A DNA stretch of 59,768 bases, counting the filler. It is 4 parts of 4 records of this genome, joined end to end, with 100 filler letters (N's around TTAATTAATTAA, not from the genome) between each part and the next. Parts side by side here need not be neighbours in the genome. Positions count along the whole stretch, not along the records: positions 1 to 25,853 come from SRR20825019_2167; 3 more parts are not named here. One strand, 5' to 3'. Numbering within the stretch: the first letter of the stretch is position 1; each line of letters starts with the position of its first letter. This document shows, in pieces, positions 1 to 11,406 of this stretch. Both the position numbers and the translations under genes were made by a program. The notes beneath the pieces are model-generated. The model saw only the letters and a list, made by a program, of their open reading frames with translations, did not search any database and was not told where the DNA came from.

Positions 1-30
1 CCCCGTCATCCCCGTCATCCCCGTCATCCC
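1..30. repeat. 9-bp tandem repeat (ccccgtcat)x3+ encoding MTG repeats
   Basis: Directly visible at the start of the window. Confidence 0.85.
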
Positions 31-1581
31 TGTACGATTCGTAAAACCTGTCAGGGCGGTATTCGTGGAAGTCATTGCAGAAAGAGAACTCAAAAGAGAC
101 AAATTACTCATTTTTCTGGACATTCCGTGCTGAAGCCCTTTCGCGCTGCCGTGGTCATGAGAGTCTTCGGAATTTTTCAACTTCGTAACCATACTGAGCT
201 GCTGCACACGTAGCCTTGAAATCTTGGAAGCACCACCATTGTCATCCAACCCAGATATCGAAGGCGCATCCTCATCCAAAGGGTCCAAACTGCGTCGTCT
301 TCCCACTGCCAGCGTTTGACGAGTACCCTTTCGGGGAGGCAAATCCAGGGTGGTATCACTAGAGCGAGGATTGCTTCCAGACATGGTCGAAACGCTTCGT
401 TTCGTAGGAGAGTTGACAAATGGACCTGTGATCCATCCATCGCTTCCTTCTTCGTCCACTGTTTGCATTCCCCATGATTCATTGGCGTCAAGATTGCTTG
501 TTTCTACTGCCATCTCAGCTAGCTTTTGTGGCATTCCCTCCTCGGGCTTTGAAGGTTTCTGTTTCCTGGGACTGCTATATTTGGCAATATTTCTAAGAAT
601 AATGTCATTCTGCTTAGATGCTTTCTGGCGCTCTTCTTCTTCGATCAAAACATCAGCAATTCTTTCCCGAAACTCAGCCATCTTCGACGCATTATTGGAT
701 AAACTTTCAAGTTTCAGCGCAAGATCAGTTGGAAATGGGACGTAGTGCGGCATCTTTGGTGCTCCAATTCGGTTGCGCTTGGCCACTTCAGCCTGATCCA
801 CTCTCATACGCACATTTCGCTCAAAATCACGGCGTTGGAGCCGCTGGAATATTTCCGACTCGGCCTTCATTTGTTCCTCGTAACTCCTTTGCACCACGCC
901 GTTTTCTCCTTCTTTTACCTGCACTTCAAAGGTTCGATACGCCTCTTCTCGCTGTTCCTTAAGCAACTTTTCAGGCTGCAGTCCTGTAACTTCGGATACT
1001 GCAGCGAGAAATTCTTTCTCTTCCTCAGTTTTCTCGCCATTATCCTTGCCGAGCTCCTTTACCATTCGTATCAGCTTCTCCACTTCGTCTTCTTCCCGCA
1101 TTATCTTCTTGACATCTTTTCCTACCACCTTATTCATAACTTGAGTAAAAACGCTCAGCTCGTGCTTAGAGCGTGTCCTGGGCCGTGGATAACTTAGATC
1201 GATCACAAGTGAGCGCCCGGTGTCCGGTAGTGGAAGTGGGCCTGCAAAAGGTTTCATTGGGGTCTGCTCATATGGTGTCTCGGCGCCCGGCAATTCCAAA
1301 CAGCAAGACAAGATTGTATGTTTCCACTCTGCCGTGTCTTCCGGCAGCTCATCGCGCTGAGTCACACGGTAGATGGAGTCAGCCTTCTGATTCTCGCGGT
1401 CCTGTACGAGAGGAAGTGGGTCTAGTTTCCGCCCTTGAGGAATCTTCTTCAAGGCCGGTACTCCGCTTGCACGGTGTGTTACACTCACAGACCGATCGGG
1501 TAGCGGTGTCAGGTGACCAGTGGGAGAAGGTGGCGGCTCAGAGGCCACATCGAAAGGGCGCCCACTCAATTCGCGCTTCAT
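1..1581 (-). CDS. Hypothetical protein, 3'-truncated at window edge (>=527 aa), with a central charged coiled-coil-like region
   Basis: Manual translation: ATG at 1581 (MKRELSGRPFDV...) with an in-frame TAG upstream at 1606-1608. The frame stays open to position 1 and ends ...NRTGMTGMTGMTG. It is absent from the ORF track because it has no stop in the window. Confidence 0.75.
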   Translation of the reverse strand, partial: MKRELSGRPFDVASEPPPSPTGHLTPLPDRSVSVTHRASGVPALKKIPQGRKLDPLPLVQDRENQKADSIYRVTQRDELPEDTAEWKHTILSCCLELPGAETPYEQTPMKPFAGPLPLPDTGRSLVIDLSYPRPRTRSKHELSVFTQVMNKVVGKDVKKIMREEDEVEKLIRMVKELGKDNGEKTEEEKEFLAAVSEVTGLQPEKLLKEQREEAYRTFEVQVKEGENGVVQRSYEEQMKAESEIFQRLQRRDFERNVRMRVDQAEVAKRNRIGAPKMPHYVPFPTDLALKLESLSNNASKMAEFRERIADVLIEEEERQKASKQNDIILRNIAKYSSPRKQKPSKPEEGMPQKLAEMAVETSNLDANESWGMQTVDEEGSDGWITGPFVNSPTKRSVSTMSGSNPRSSDTTLDLPPRKGTRQTLAVGRRRSLDPLDEDAPSISGLDDNGGASKISRLRVQQLSMVTKLKNSEDSHDHGSAKGLQHGMSRKMSNLSLLSSLSAMTSTNTALTGFTNRTGMTGMTGMTG

Positions 1582-2764
1582 GACTGAAGAGCACAAATGT
1601 CGGTCCTAGCTCCTAGAGAGCCATACAGTCCGAGTGTGCGCTAGATGAATGCATGCTTTCGAGGTTTCCAACAGTACGACCTACTATCCTACGCCTACGC
1701 GCAAGATTAACTAGGATATATATACTCGGCACAAATACAAGCCCTGAACACTCGCGGGCATGGAATATGGGTGGAAAAGTGAAGGCCGGTAGAGGGAGTG
1801 TCGGTGTCCAGCGACCGCGGTCGCCTCACCATTGACTTCACAATAGTGGGACACTCACCCGCCGCTGGCCCATGGATACCTGACTAACGCTCAGCGCTGC
1901 TGCGCGGCCGGCCGGCTGGTGAGTGGAGCGTCTCCCATGGGACCGGTCGCGGGGCGCGGACACTGAGGACTCACTGACAGTGGGTGCCGTGGGCCCAGGC
2001 GCGGGGACACCGGCCGAGCACTCCTGACTCGGACGACTGCAGTGACGAGTCCGTCGGCCCAGCAGCCAGTGGCAGTCGGTCGGGTTACTGCCGGTCCGGC
2101 CGGGGAGATCCCGTCGAGATTGGGGACCAAACAGTTCTTTGGGGTATCGGTTTCATCCCCATTTGGGATACTCCGGAGAGGCCGTTAGTTCAAGCGGGTC
2201 CCCACGAAAGTTCTCTGTGGAGGACAGCCGCACGCAGGCACTGGCGATGGGTCTTCCACCTACCAAATTAGAAGTTTCTTCACTTGCCTCCTCGAGGAGC
2301 TGAGCGGTTACACTTATCCTCACGTAATTTTGCCCGCCCGGCCGCGCTGCGCTGGGCCGGGGCGACCGGGGCCGGGCGCAACGCGGCCGGGCGGAGGCCG
2401 CGTCAGGTCTGATGAGCCTGGACTCGCAGTCCGGGTCGGCCGGTGAGTGCCCGTTTGTCGGCCAGAGTCGATCTCAGTGGGGACAGGACCCGGCAGCCGG
2501 GGGCGCCCGGTAAGACTGATACAGGCTTCTCGACCTGACCGCCGGGCGACCACACCGGCACGACAGGCCTGGCAAGGTGGCGCCACAACAGCGTGAGTCT
2601 GCCTACAGGGGACAACCCCTCGCCGTTAACTCTCCAGGAAGTAGACGGATGGAGGCTGCACTTGTGCAAATCAACCGCGCCACCCGGTTTTCTTCGTTAT
2701 GTCAACTGTGTTTTGAAGGCATAAGTACTTCTATTGGAAGACATTAGACTCAAGCATCTTGGTC

Positions 2765-3604
2765 ATGCCCCAGCAAATCGGATACACAACTCCCAGTTTT
2801 CTCTCTCAGAGGTCGCGGTCGTCATCATCGTTCCCTCGTGAGCGCTCTAACTCACGCACTTACGATGTTGTGCCCGGTAGTTTCGGACGCGCCAATAGTC
2901 ACAGTTCTCTGTACGGATCGGACGCTGATGACACTCCGCTCGCAAGGGAGTTCAAACAGAAAGCAGCTATGAACGCACAAAATAACAGGCGTCCCAGCTT
3001 CCAGGATGTTAAGAAAGGCACAGCAGCTTCAAGAACCATGGCACGCCGGCGTTCAATTCAGGATATGCTTATCTTGTTGGGAAAGACACGCTTTACAGAG
3101 GACGAACTGGAGGTATTTACGGAGCAGTTTAAGCAATACAGCAGCACGGGTGACACGAGGGGTACACTGGACCGCATTAACTTTAACACGGCAATGAGCT
3201 ACTTTCACGACGTGACTGGAGGGGAGGCTTCACTAGATAGAATTTACAGGGCCTTTGACGAGGACAACTCAGGAAGGATTGACTATCGTGAGTTCATTCT
3301 CGGCATGTCTACTTATGTGAAGGGTACTGAAGATGAGAAGGTCGCCTTCATGGTGAAGCTATATGATACTAACAATGACGGATTCATATCCCCAGAAGAG
3401 CTGAGGTATATGCTTCGGGCACTGTTCCACTGCATCCACCCCGACCCCATTGAGGATGAGTATGAAAGGAACAAAGTTGTCGAAAGGATTATCAAAAAGG
3501 TCAAGTTTGGACCTGTAGACAAAATTCCCCTCCAAGATTTCAGGAAGACAATCAGTCGGGTCCCTGAGCTATCACGGTTACTTTCCAGCGTGTACGGGTC
3601 ATAA
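2765..3604 (+). CDS. EF-hand calcium sensor (calcineurin B / neuronal calcium sensor-like) with Ser/Arg-rich N-terminal extension
   Basis: EF loops DEDNSGRIDYRE and DTNNDGFISPEE; T-R-F-T-E-D-E-L and K-G-T-E-D-E-K-V-A-F motifs typical of the CNB/NCS family; no introns. Confidence 0.85.
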   Translation: MPQQIGYTTPSFLSQRSRSSSSFPRERSNSRTYDVVPGSFGRANSHSSLYGSDADDTPLAREFKQKAAMNAQNNRRPSFQDVKKGTAASRTMARRRSIQDMLILLGKTRFTEDELEVFTEQFKQYSSTGDTRGTLDRINFNTAMSYFHDVTGGEASLDRIYRAFDEDNSGRIDYREFILGMSTYVKGTEDEKVAFMVKLYDTNNDGFISPEELRYMLRALFHCIHPDPIEDEYERNKVVERIIKKVKFGPVDKIPLQDFRKTISRVPELSRLLSSVYGS

Positions 3605-3694
3605 ACATACTAGGATATCACTGTATATAGCTCTGGCACTGTCGCTTGTATACAAACACATTTTAGAGATGAAACCAATTGCAAAATTCTCGTT

Positions 3695-4667
3695 CTAAAT
3701 GCCAGTTGCTCCAACTGAGGACGTGTAAGAGGTTCCGAGCGCAGCACCGCTCCCATATGAGCCAGCAAGATCGGCAGCCTGAGAGTTGCTTGCTTCCCGC
3801 AACACAGACCTGAACCTTTGTCAGTGCAGTTCTACCTCCCCCTGCGTGTCGCCGCATTACCTAATAGTTTGATCACCACTCAAGTTGGAAGCGCCACCAA
3901 AGCTCGAAGGCACGGCAGCACCACCAGCGCCATAGCCACTTCCGCCATAATTGCCAGATCCATACTTGTCAGCAGCGCCACCCTGAACAAGGAATGTCAG
4001 CAAACCCCTTCTCAGTCGACGCCTGTCAATATCCTACATAAGACGACGACAGCCCAGAGGCCAAATACCCAGCATCAGAAGGAGGCTTGTAGGGAAGTGG
4101 GTCGACACTGGAGGCACCTAATAGGATGGTCATTCTCATAACCCCACGAGACACCAAGTGCGTCAACTACTCACCCTCCTTCGAGAGCTTATTGGGAAGG
4201 GAACTGGCCAAAAGGAAGAAGGCAAACCCGAAAGGAATCTACAACTTGACGTCAAACAATACTCGATTAAACAGTCCGAGACATATGCACCTTGAGGACC
4301 ATCTGGAGCGAAGCAAATGCAACCATGGTACGGCGGAGGTCGTCTATATGCTCTGAGCCGGATGTAGACGAGGATTTGTGAGCCAAATAGTCGCCTTCAA
4401 CACCAATCCACAGCAGGTCAAGCACAAAGGTAAATCCGGAGAGGAGGATATAAGCCTGGGCAGCCTCACGGTTCCTGTCCAGAGCACCATAGAGACCAAT
4501 TATGGCAACGAAAATGACGGGATCCGCTCGTGTCAGGGAAATCCAATACACAAAAGCCTACAGTCCACCTGTCAAAAACGTACAAACTCGGACATAGAAA
4601 CAAAAGCACATACGATTTGAACCAAGCATATGGTCGCACAAATCTTGGCAATTTTGTCAGTATCCAT
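3695..4667 (-). CDS. Multi-pass membrane protein, AGTRAP-like, with Gly/Ser/Tyr-rich tail; 6 exons
   Basis: Spliced model MDTDKIAKICATICLVQI|AFVYWISL...IIGLYGALDRNREAAQAYILLSGFTFVLDLLWI...FASLQMVLK|IPFGFAFF...GATGI*; five short GT-AG introns. Confidence 0.6.
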
Positions 4668-6037
4668 GGCGAGGTTGACCTTGCCCGCCATAGTCAGAGA
4701 ATAAATAGATATCTGTTCCCCTCCTGAAGCAGCAACATATATGTATCGTCCAGTAGAGCACAGGAGGCTTGGCGTGTGTCCGGCGACCTAGAGTTGCCGG
4801 AGGTCCCGGCCGGCCGCTGTTGCCACGTCACTACAATCGTACCCGCCAGCCTGAAAGTTTGCTCTTTTCTCCACGACAAGCCGTGGAAGCAAGGAAAGAG
4901 CACCGGCTCCATAGTTTCGAGGGTCCGGCTGGCGGCGCTGTGGCTGCGCGACTCGGCTGTCCCGGCCGGTCAGCAGGAGGGTCCTGTCCGGCCACTCGGA
5001 CCCCGCCAGGCTCCCGTCCACCGGGACGGACACCCAGCCAGTCCAGTTCCGACTCCGGTGACCCGGCCGGCCGGCCGGCCAGCGGCGGCACCGCACCCAG
5101 CCCGGCCCGCAGCCTCCGCGGTGGATGGCCGGGATCACTCACCAGGGCCGTCCATGCTCACGAGGCGACCACGAGCACGCCGTCCGGTCCACCGGTCGTC
5201 GTCTCTTAGCGGGAAAGCAAAGCAAGGATAATTTTGTTCGTTATATCGATGTATTCGACAAACGAATAACGAATTGAACGTTGCGAGGTGGATCCCGGCG
5301 CACGCACGCCGCACGGCACGCCCGCGCCGCTCGCGGCAGGGGGCCAGCCATTCCGGCGCGTGCCTGTGCCGCAGTGCGCAGGCGACCAGTCCTGTGTCCC
5401 TCGGAGGAGGAGGATGATGGGAACTTGTTGCCATGGCGACCATGACCGGCGGGCCCCGCTCGCTGCCGAGGCAGCTCGTGACTGTGGTCACTCCTGACTG
5501 CCAGTGTGAGCGGACGCGACCGGCCGCAGTAGGCCGGCGGGCCGCCCCGGCTGGTGTAGGGCGTTGAGCTGCCAGCGAGCGGCCCCGGAAGAGACTGGCG
5601 GCCCAGCCTCACGAGGGTGCTGCGCCCTCGACGGCACAGGAGGAGTGGCTTGCCCTCACGGCGCCTGAGGCCGTGCATGAGTGGGTGGGTCTCAGCGATA
5701 TGTTGAGCCCGGGGCACCTTCCCTTCACTGCTCACCGTCGCCGGACAGTCCCCGGACAACTTGAATTCTGGTCAGCTGAAGTGGGTGGCTCATCATCACC
5801 CTCTCCCTCCTCTGTCCAAAGGCTGGCTTGCACTGGTTTTCACACTGTCTCAGTCACACGCATGAGGGAATTTCCTTACTTTGGTCTACCAAAAGCGCCA
5901 CTTCAGAAGCGGAAAGCAAGTCTACCACTTCACTCGACAGGCTTTTGCGTTACCCAAATCTGGTGGGCACTGTGGCGATAGAGTTTGTATAACAGTCTGG
6001 TCGAGTTGTCGAACTTGTTCAAGAAAGTCCAAAAACA

Positions 6038-8964
6038 ATGTCTACGGACAAAGAGAACATGGTCCCCGTCATGACCCCGGGCAACCATGGCCAAGTCAAG
6101 GCTGTTGATGGGACTCCAAACACACGTGGTGGTCTTCACTTTGGTGGGAGTTATCATGCTAACCATGTTCAGGCTACACCTTTGGGTCTCCATAAGTCCA
6201 AAGCCATTCTGGAAACCCCCGCGGCGAAAACACCCAGGTGCAGCGGAACACCTCTCCTGACGCCTGGATCAACGGGAAAACACACACTTGCCCTGCGTAG
6301 GGGAGTCAAGCAAATTCCTGACAGCGGAGACGACCCCCACCGCACACAGTTGATCGAAAAGGTGCACTCAGTAGTGGAGCCTGCCCAGATCCTGCGCGCG
6401 TGGAAAGAGCTCACAGACTACGACTCCAAGAAGATTGCTGGCGCCAATGCCGACTGTGAGGCCACCAAAAAGGGTCAAAGGGCTCTGCTCCGATTGTATG
6501 ACATGGCAACTAAGAGTGTTGTCAAGACCGAGAACCTGCTGCAGAACCCTGACTATGTACACCTCTGGGCGGATTATGGGTTGGCCCAGTCGAGAGTCTG
6601 GAAGTACAATAGCTCCATGGAACAAGATGACTGCTGCGAAGAAGCAAAGACCACATTCAAATACATGAAAAATGAAGGAATCGGCTCAAGGATAGCGAAA
6701 CTTTACACCAGTTGGGCCGAGTTTGAACTCGAGAATGGATGTGAGGAAGCGGCAAGGAAGGTGCTGCAGAACGGACTGAAAAAGAAAGCGCAACCCTCTG
6801 TAGATATTGAAAAGGCAATCGGCGCTCTTGATAGCAAGAAAGATGACGGAAAATCCGCATTGACAGACTCGCAAGATATCAACAATGGCGCGGTTGTATC
6901 GGCAGACGACGCTGCGGACCGCAAGGAAAGGCGGGTTTGTTTTAGAAGCCCCGACACTGCCGAAGGATGTGCGGGAACTACTGTGGAGTCTCATGGAGAC
7001 AACGCTCACACGTCGGCGTCAAGTGCGACCACAAGGTCAATCGCACTCACGTGCACAAGCACCCTGGGCAGCACGGTGCACGGGTCCACCACTGGTCACA
7101 CCTCTTTGACTCACTCTAGTGGTCTCACGTGCACGTCCAGTCTCACCCTGACCGACAAGGACAACGACACGGCGCATACGTCACATACATCACACACTGC
7201 CGTGGGAAAAGCTCCGTCTACCGAAAAAAAGAACCGCGATGTTGAGCTCCTCTTGGAAGGCACCGAACCGACTAACACTAATTTTACGGAACTGACCAAA
7301 TCACTGAAGGAAGACCTTAAGAAAATGGTGATTCCCGAGTTTCGGAAACCCGCCAGCAAGCGAAATGAAAGTGCAACTAAGATACCAGGCGGCGGGAAGG
7401 CGCAGTCAGGTGGGAAGACACCGGGAAAAGCAAAATTATTCAAACCACTTGGCCTCTCAGGCGGCGCTGCCCGAGTCATTCCAAAGGCAGCACCGGTGAC
7501 TGAAGTCGTTGAAGAGCCAAAGAAGCCTGAAGAGAAACCTCATGCTGTTGAAGATCATGAAGAGACCAAAGAAGGAACCGGGGAAGTGCCTCTGGCGCCC
7601 ATTGATGAAGAGAATGCAGACGAGATGTCTACTGGTGACAGCGGAAGCCGCGCGGAAGGAAATTCTGCCCAGAAAGTGAAACGGGCATCTGAGTCATCAT
7701 CGGTGCCTCCAGCCCCGAAGGAAGCCTTCACCTCCACCAAGACGACTGGGCATACTCAGGTTACTACAACTTCCGGTGTAAACGGGCCCACCCTGACGAG
7801 TCAAGGGGTCCCTTCGTCCAATCAAGTCACATCTAGTGGTTCAGGTGACAAAAGCAAGGTAATGATCGTAAATGGGAAGAAGTATGCAATCCTCGAGGTC
7901 ATCGGCAAAGGTGGAAGCAGCAAGGTGTACAAGGTGATGGGCAACAACCGGAAGATATATGCCCTTAAGAAGGTGAAGCTTGAAGGAGTCGACTCCGAAG
8001 TAGTAGATGGTTTCATTAATGAAATCGAGCTCCTTAAGAAGCTGCAAGGCAGTGAGTATGTCGTCCAGTTGATTGATGCCGAGGTGAACCTCGAGGCAAA
8101 GTACATTTTCATGGTGATGGAGTTTGGTGACACCGACCTGGCCCGCATGCTCCAACGCCAGCAGGGAAAGCCCTTCAACGAAAACTACATCAAGCTTTAT
8201 TGGCAACAGATGCTTGAGGCCGTACATGCTGCGCACGAGCACCGAATCATCCACGCAGACCTGAAACCCGCCAACTTCCTCTGTGTTGAAGGAAGACTGA
8301 AGCTTATTGACTTTGGTATTGCCAAGGCCATGAAGAATGACACGACGAACGTGATTCGCGAAAACCAGGTAAGCTCAGATTGCCATGTGTTTCTATTTAT
8401 AGAAATTGATTTTTATTCCAGGTGGGCACCTTGAACTACATGTCGCCCGAGGCGTTGCTGGGTGAGGAGAGTGGAGACGGCAATGGAAAGCATATGCAGA
8501 AACTCGGACGGGCTAGTGATGTGTGGGCCCTTGGATGCATTCTGTATCAAATGGTGTATGGGCGCACCCCATTTGCCCACCTCAACCTCCTATCGCGCCT
8601 GCGTGTGCTCACATCTCCTAACTTTGAGGTTCCTTTTCCTAAGCCTGGCGAAGCAAGCGTTGATCTTCCAGCTGATTCGCCAATCATCGATGTCATTCGC
8701 AAGTGTCTGATGCAGAATTCGAAGGCCCGCCCCTCCATTCCTGAGTTGTTGGATTCGCCCTTCGTGAAGGGTGGCAGCACCCATGCAAAAGGCCCTGCCA
8801 TCACGAAGGAGCTGTTGTCTTCTCTTATCACTCAGCTGTCTTCTGTGTCTGGAGGACAAGGACTTGGTGGAACCAATGCAAATAATCTCACGACAGCGAT
8901 CCTTCAACAGATCGAGAACGGTCAGAATATCGACATATCATCCCTCACAAAATCGGCGATGTAA
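6038..8964 (+). CDS. MPS1: Spindle-checkpoint kinase Mps1/TTK with N-terminal TPR domain; one intron 8369-8421
   Basis: IGKGGSSKVY, HADLKPANFL, LKLIDFGIAKAM..DTTNVIRENQ|VGTLNYMSPE and DVWALGCILYQMVYGRTPF are Mps1-diagnostic. Removing the 53-nt GT-AG intron joins the two ORFs in frame. Confidence 0.93.
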
Positions 8965-9059
8965 GGTCGACACACAAGTCCTGACAGTTTAATCTTCCAA
9001 AAATGAAACTCGTGGGATTTGCGGAAAGGCACTATCGGCTTCCTCTCTACTAACACTCC

Positions 9060-10608
9060 TCAAAGAATTGGGGGAATCACATCATTCTTGAGCATATGAT
9101 ACTCCCGCGCATACATCAATTGCCTGTGGCCAGTGGGGTTAGACGTCACTATCCCCTACACACCGGAACGACTCACATTACTGGGAAACCGAAGTAAAAG
9201 AACACCCAAAATGTGATATTCTCAAACTCAGTCATGTACTTGGGAACAAGTCGTCGAACGACAAACTTCATCAAGTAAATGGCGGGGATCTGCACAGGCC
9301 GTCAGACACCTACATCTCAACAGGAAACCATCAAGCACATACCTGCATCATCATCATACTGAGCATCCACAAACGAGCGATACGGAAAACAATTGCAAAG
9401 ACATACTCGTGCAGAACTGCGGAGAACAGGAATGTGGAGAATGTCGCGATAAACTTTCCGTGAGGAGATGTGGCGTCCAGATTCTCCACGTAGATGTGCC
9501 GCAACAGCCACTTGTGCACAGGCTTGTTCCACTTTCGCGAAAATTCATCTAAATTCTCCGAGTTCCACCAGTCTTGGTAGAAATCACGGTCGGCAAACCG
9601 CGTGAGTTCGGCAATGCAATTGAGCATCCCCTCAAATATAGTGTAAAATATGGTAAACCACCCAATCATTGCAGGCACAGCCAACCTAAGAATACACTCG
9701 AGCAAAGGCTTCGTAGCCACGTCAGCGTAGATGGGCGAGATGAACTTCTGAACAAGATGATACAGCACAGTCAACATCACAAAGGTTTCGCCGGCCTTGT
9801 AGAAAAAGAAAGGCCAACGGATGTTATCGTTCCGGGGATACGTGGTTTCGTAGACAAGTGTTGGAGCAACCAGATAGTACGAAAAATTTCCCAGGGTCAC
9901 GTTGTTTGGATAGACATCCGTGCCGCCCTTTCTCGGCGATAAATCCCCCGAGTCCCGGGCCTCGCGCCTGAGCTGCTGGTTGATAACAAAGTAGGAGTGC
10001 ATCTTCATGGACAAAACTATCTGCTCCAAGACAATCGCAGTGCTCGTCACTTCTCCGATATCAGTCCACCCATCCGATCAATAGCCCAACCAGCAACCTA
10101 CCGATAGCCATCTCCCTCTCAATCACAATCTTGGTGGGGACCGTAAACATGGCCGCTTGGCAAATCTGATGAGAGAATCAGAGGAGGGATTGTTTACCGT
10201 CAAATAGAAGTACCTGGAAAAGCATCGCTGATAGTGAGCTGCTAATGAAAAAATGGGCATGAAGATATGTCAGCACGAAGGAAGAGAAGGTCAGCGTGAC
10301 CATTCCCAGAAAGAGGAACAGCGTATTCCAGTGGTCGTTTGAAACGAAATGAAACAACCCCAGATCAATGATATAACCCGAGCGCCGGAACTCCAGAGTC
10401 ATGAGAGTGACGATCCACACCACACAACCTGCAGCGCCCTCAGCGTCCAATACGAGAGGCTAGGCTCAAATGGTAGCCTACCTGCCGTCACAAGGTTATA
10501 CATGCCCCGATAGTGCTTGGCATCCAGCTCTCGTGGTTTTGTAAGCAGTGATTCTCGCGGCTTGTGCAATACAGGCATTGCCCTGGGAGGGCTCCCAGGA
10601 GTTGGCAT
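9060..10608 (-). CDS. MBOAT acyltransferase, DGAT1/sterol O-acyltransferase type; multi-exon
   Basis: HKPRESLL...HYRGMYNL, YLVAPTLVYETTYPR, RFADRDFYQDWWNS, WNKPVHKWLLRHIY and catalytic SAVLHEY; ends ...YHMLKNDVIPPIL*. Confidence 0.88.
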
Positions 10609-11406
10609 GCTGAAAGGCTTCGGATTTCAACGAACTTTGCAACATAATTATATTTATCCACCCTGCAGCGCGCTGTGCGGTGCCCGGTGCGTGTTGGCGG
10701 GTGTATGCACAATGCTCCTCATTTAGTGAGCACTGCCTCGGCGCTGAGGCCGCCGGTCAGGTCTGGGTCAACCCCCAATCCTGCCTTGGTGGTTGGGCCT
10801 CGTCAGCAAGGGAGCCTTGGGTCCGGACCAGGGCTACTAGAGAGTCGGCTGTCGACAATATCGGGATCCCGTCCGACCGCCGTCAGTGGGGTAAGCGGGT
10901 CAGGTTGCGTGGCACGATCAGCCACTCCGGCCCGGGAAAATTATTTTCCAACCCCAGTCAGGATTCGCTGGTGGCCGGAGTGCGCCTCAGGTGGGGTGAA
11001 GGAACAGTCACCCCTCCGAAACCCCAAGGGAAATTTCAGATCTTCCTATAATGAAATTCCCAAGTATACCGGGATGGCCCCTCCCCTCACGCAAGTTGAC
11101 CCCCCGCGCGGCTTGCTGCGCATCACCTGTTGTCGTTGCCATCAGGTCAACTGCCCTCGTTTGGCCAGTGAGCCGAACATCCTGGATTTGTTACAGGGAG
11201 GACAGAACCTGCGAGGTGCACATGTCGTTGGGCAGCCCCCGCCCAGTCCCGCATTCACTGCCAGTCCACCGGACAACGGAAATGGGCTACCAGTTCAGGC
11301 ACTGAACCTGGAGGCCACATCGCCACTTGTGAATGAGGAAACTGTGTAAAACCACAAGTAAATATGTTGATAACACTGCACATACAACGGACAACGACAT
11401 TCGAGA

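Noticed and set aside
5237-5273. Inverted repeat ttcgttat...ataacgaa in the AT-rich centre of a GC island
   Set aside because: Only an 8-bp stem and not seen in the other islands.
4769-5759. Many Pro/Arg/Gly/Ala-rich ORFs in the GC islands (also 15516-16518, 22026-22818, 26528-27159, 52005-52645)
   Set aside because: Overlapping on both strands with no domain signatures; expected from stop-codon scarcity at very high GC.
11074-11349. ORF upstream of the sorting nexin (MAPPLTQV...)
   Set aside because: No recognisable features or splice link to the nexin; it could be a uORF but I cannot support that.
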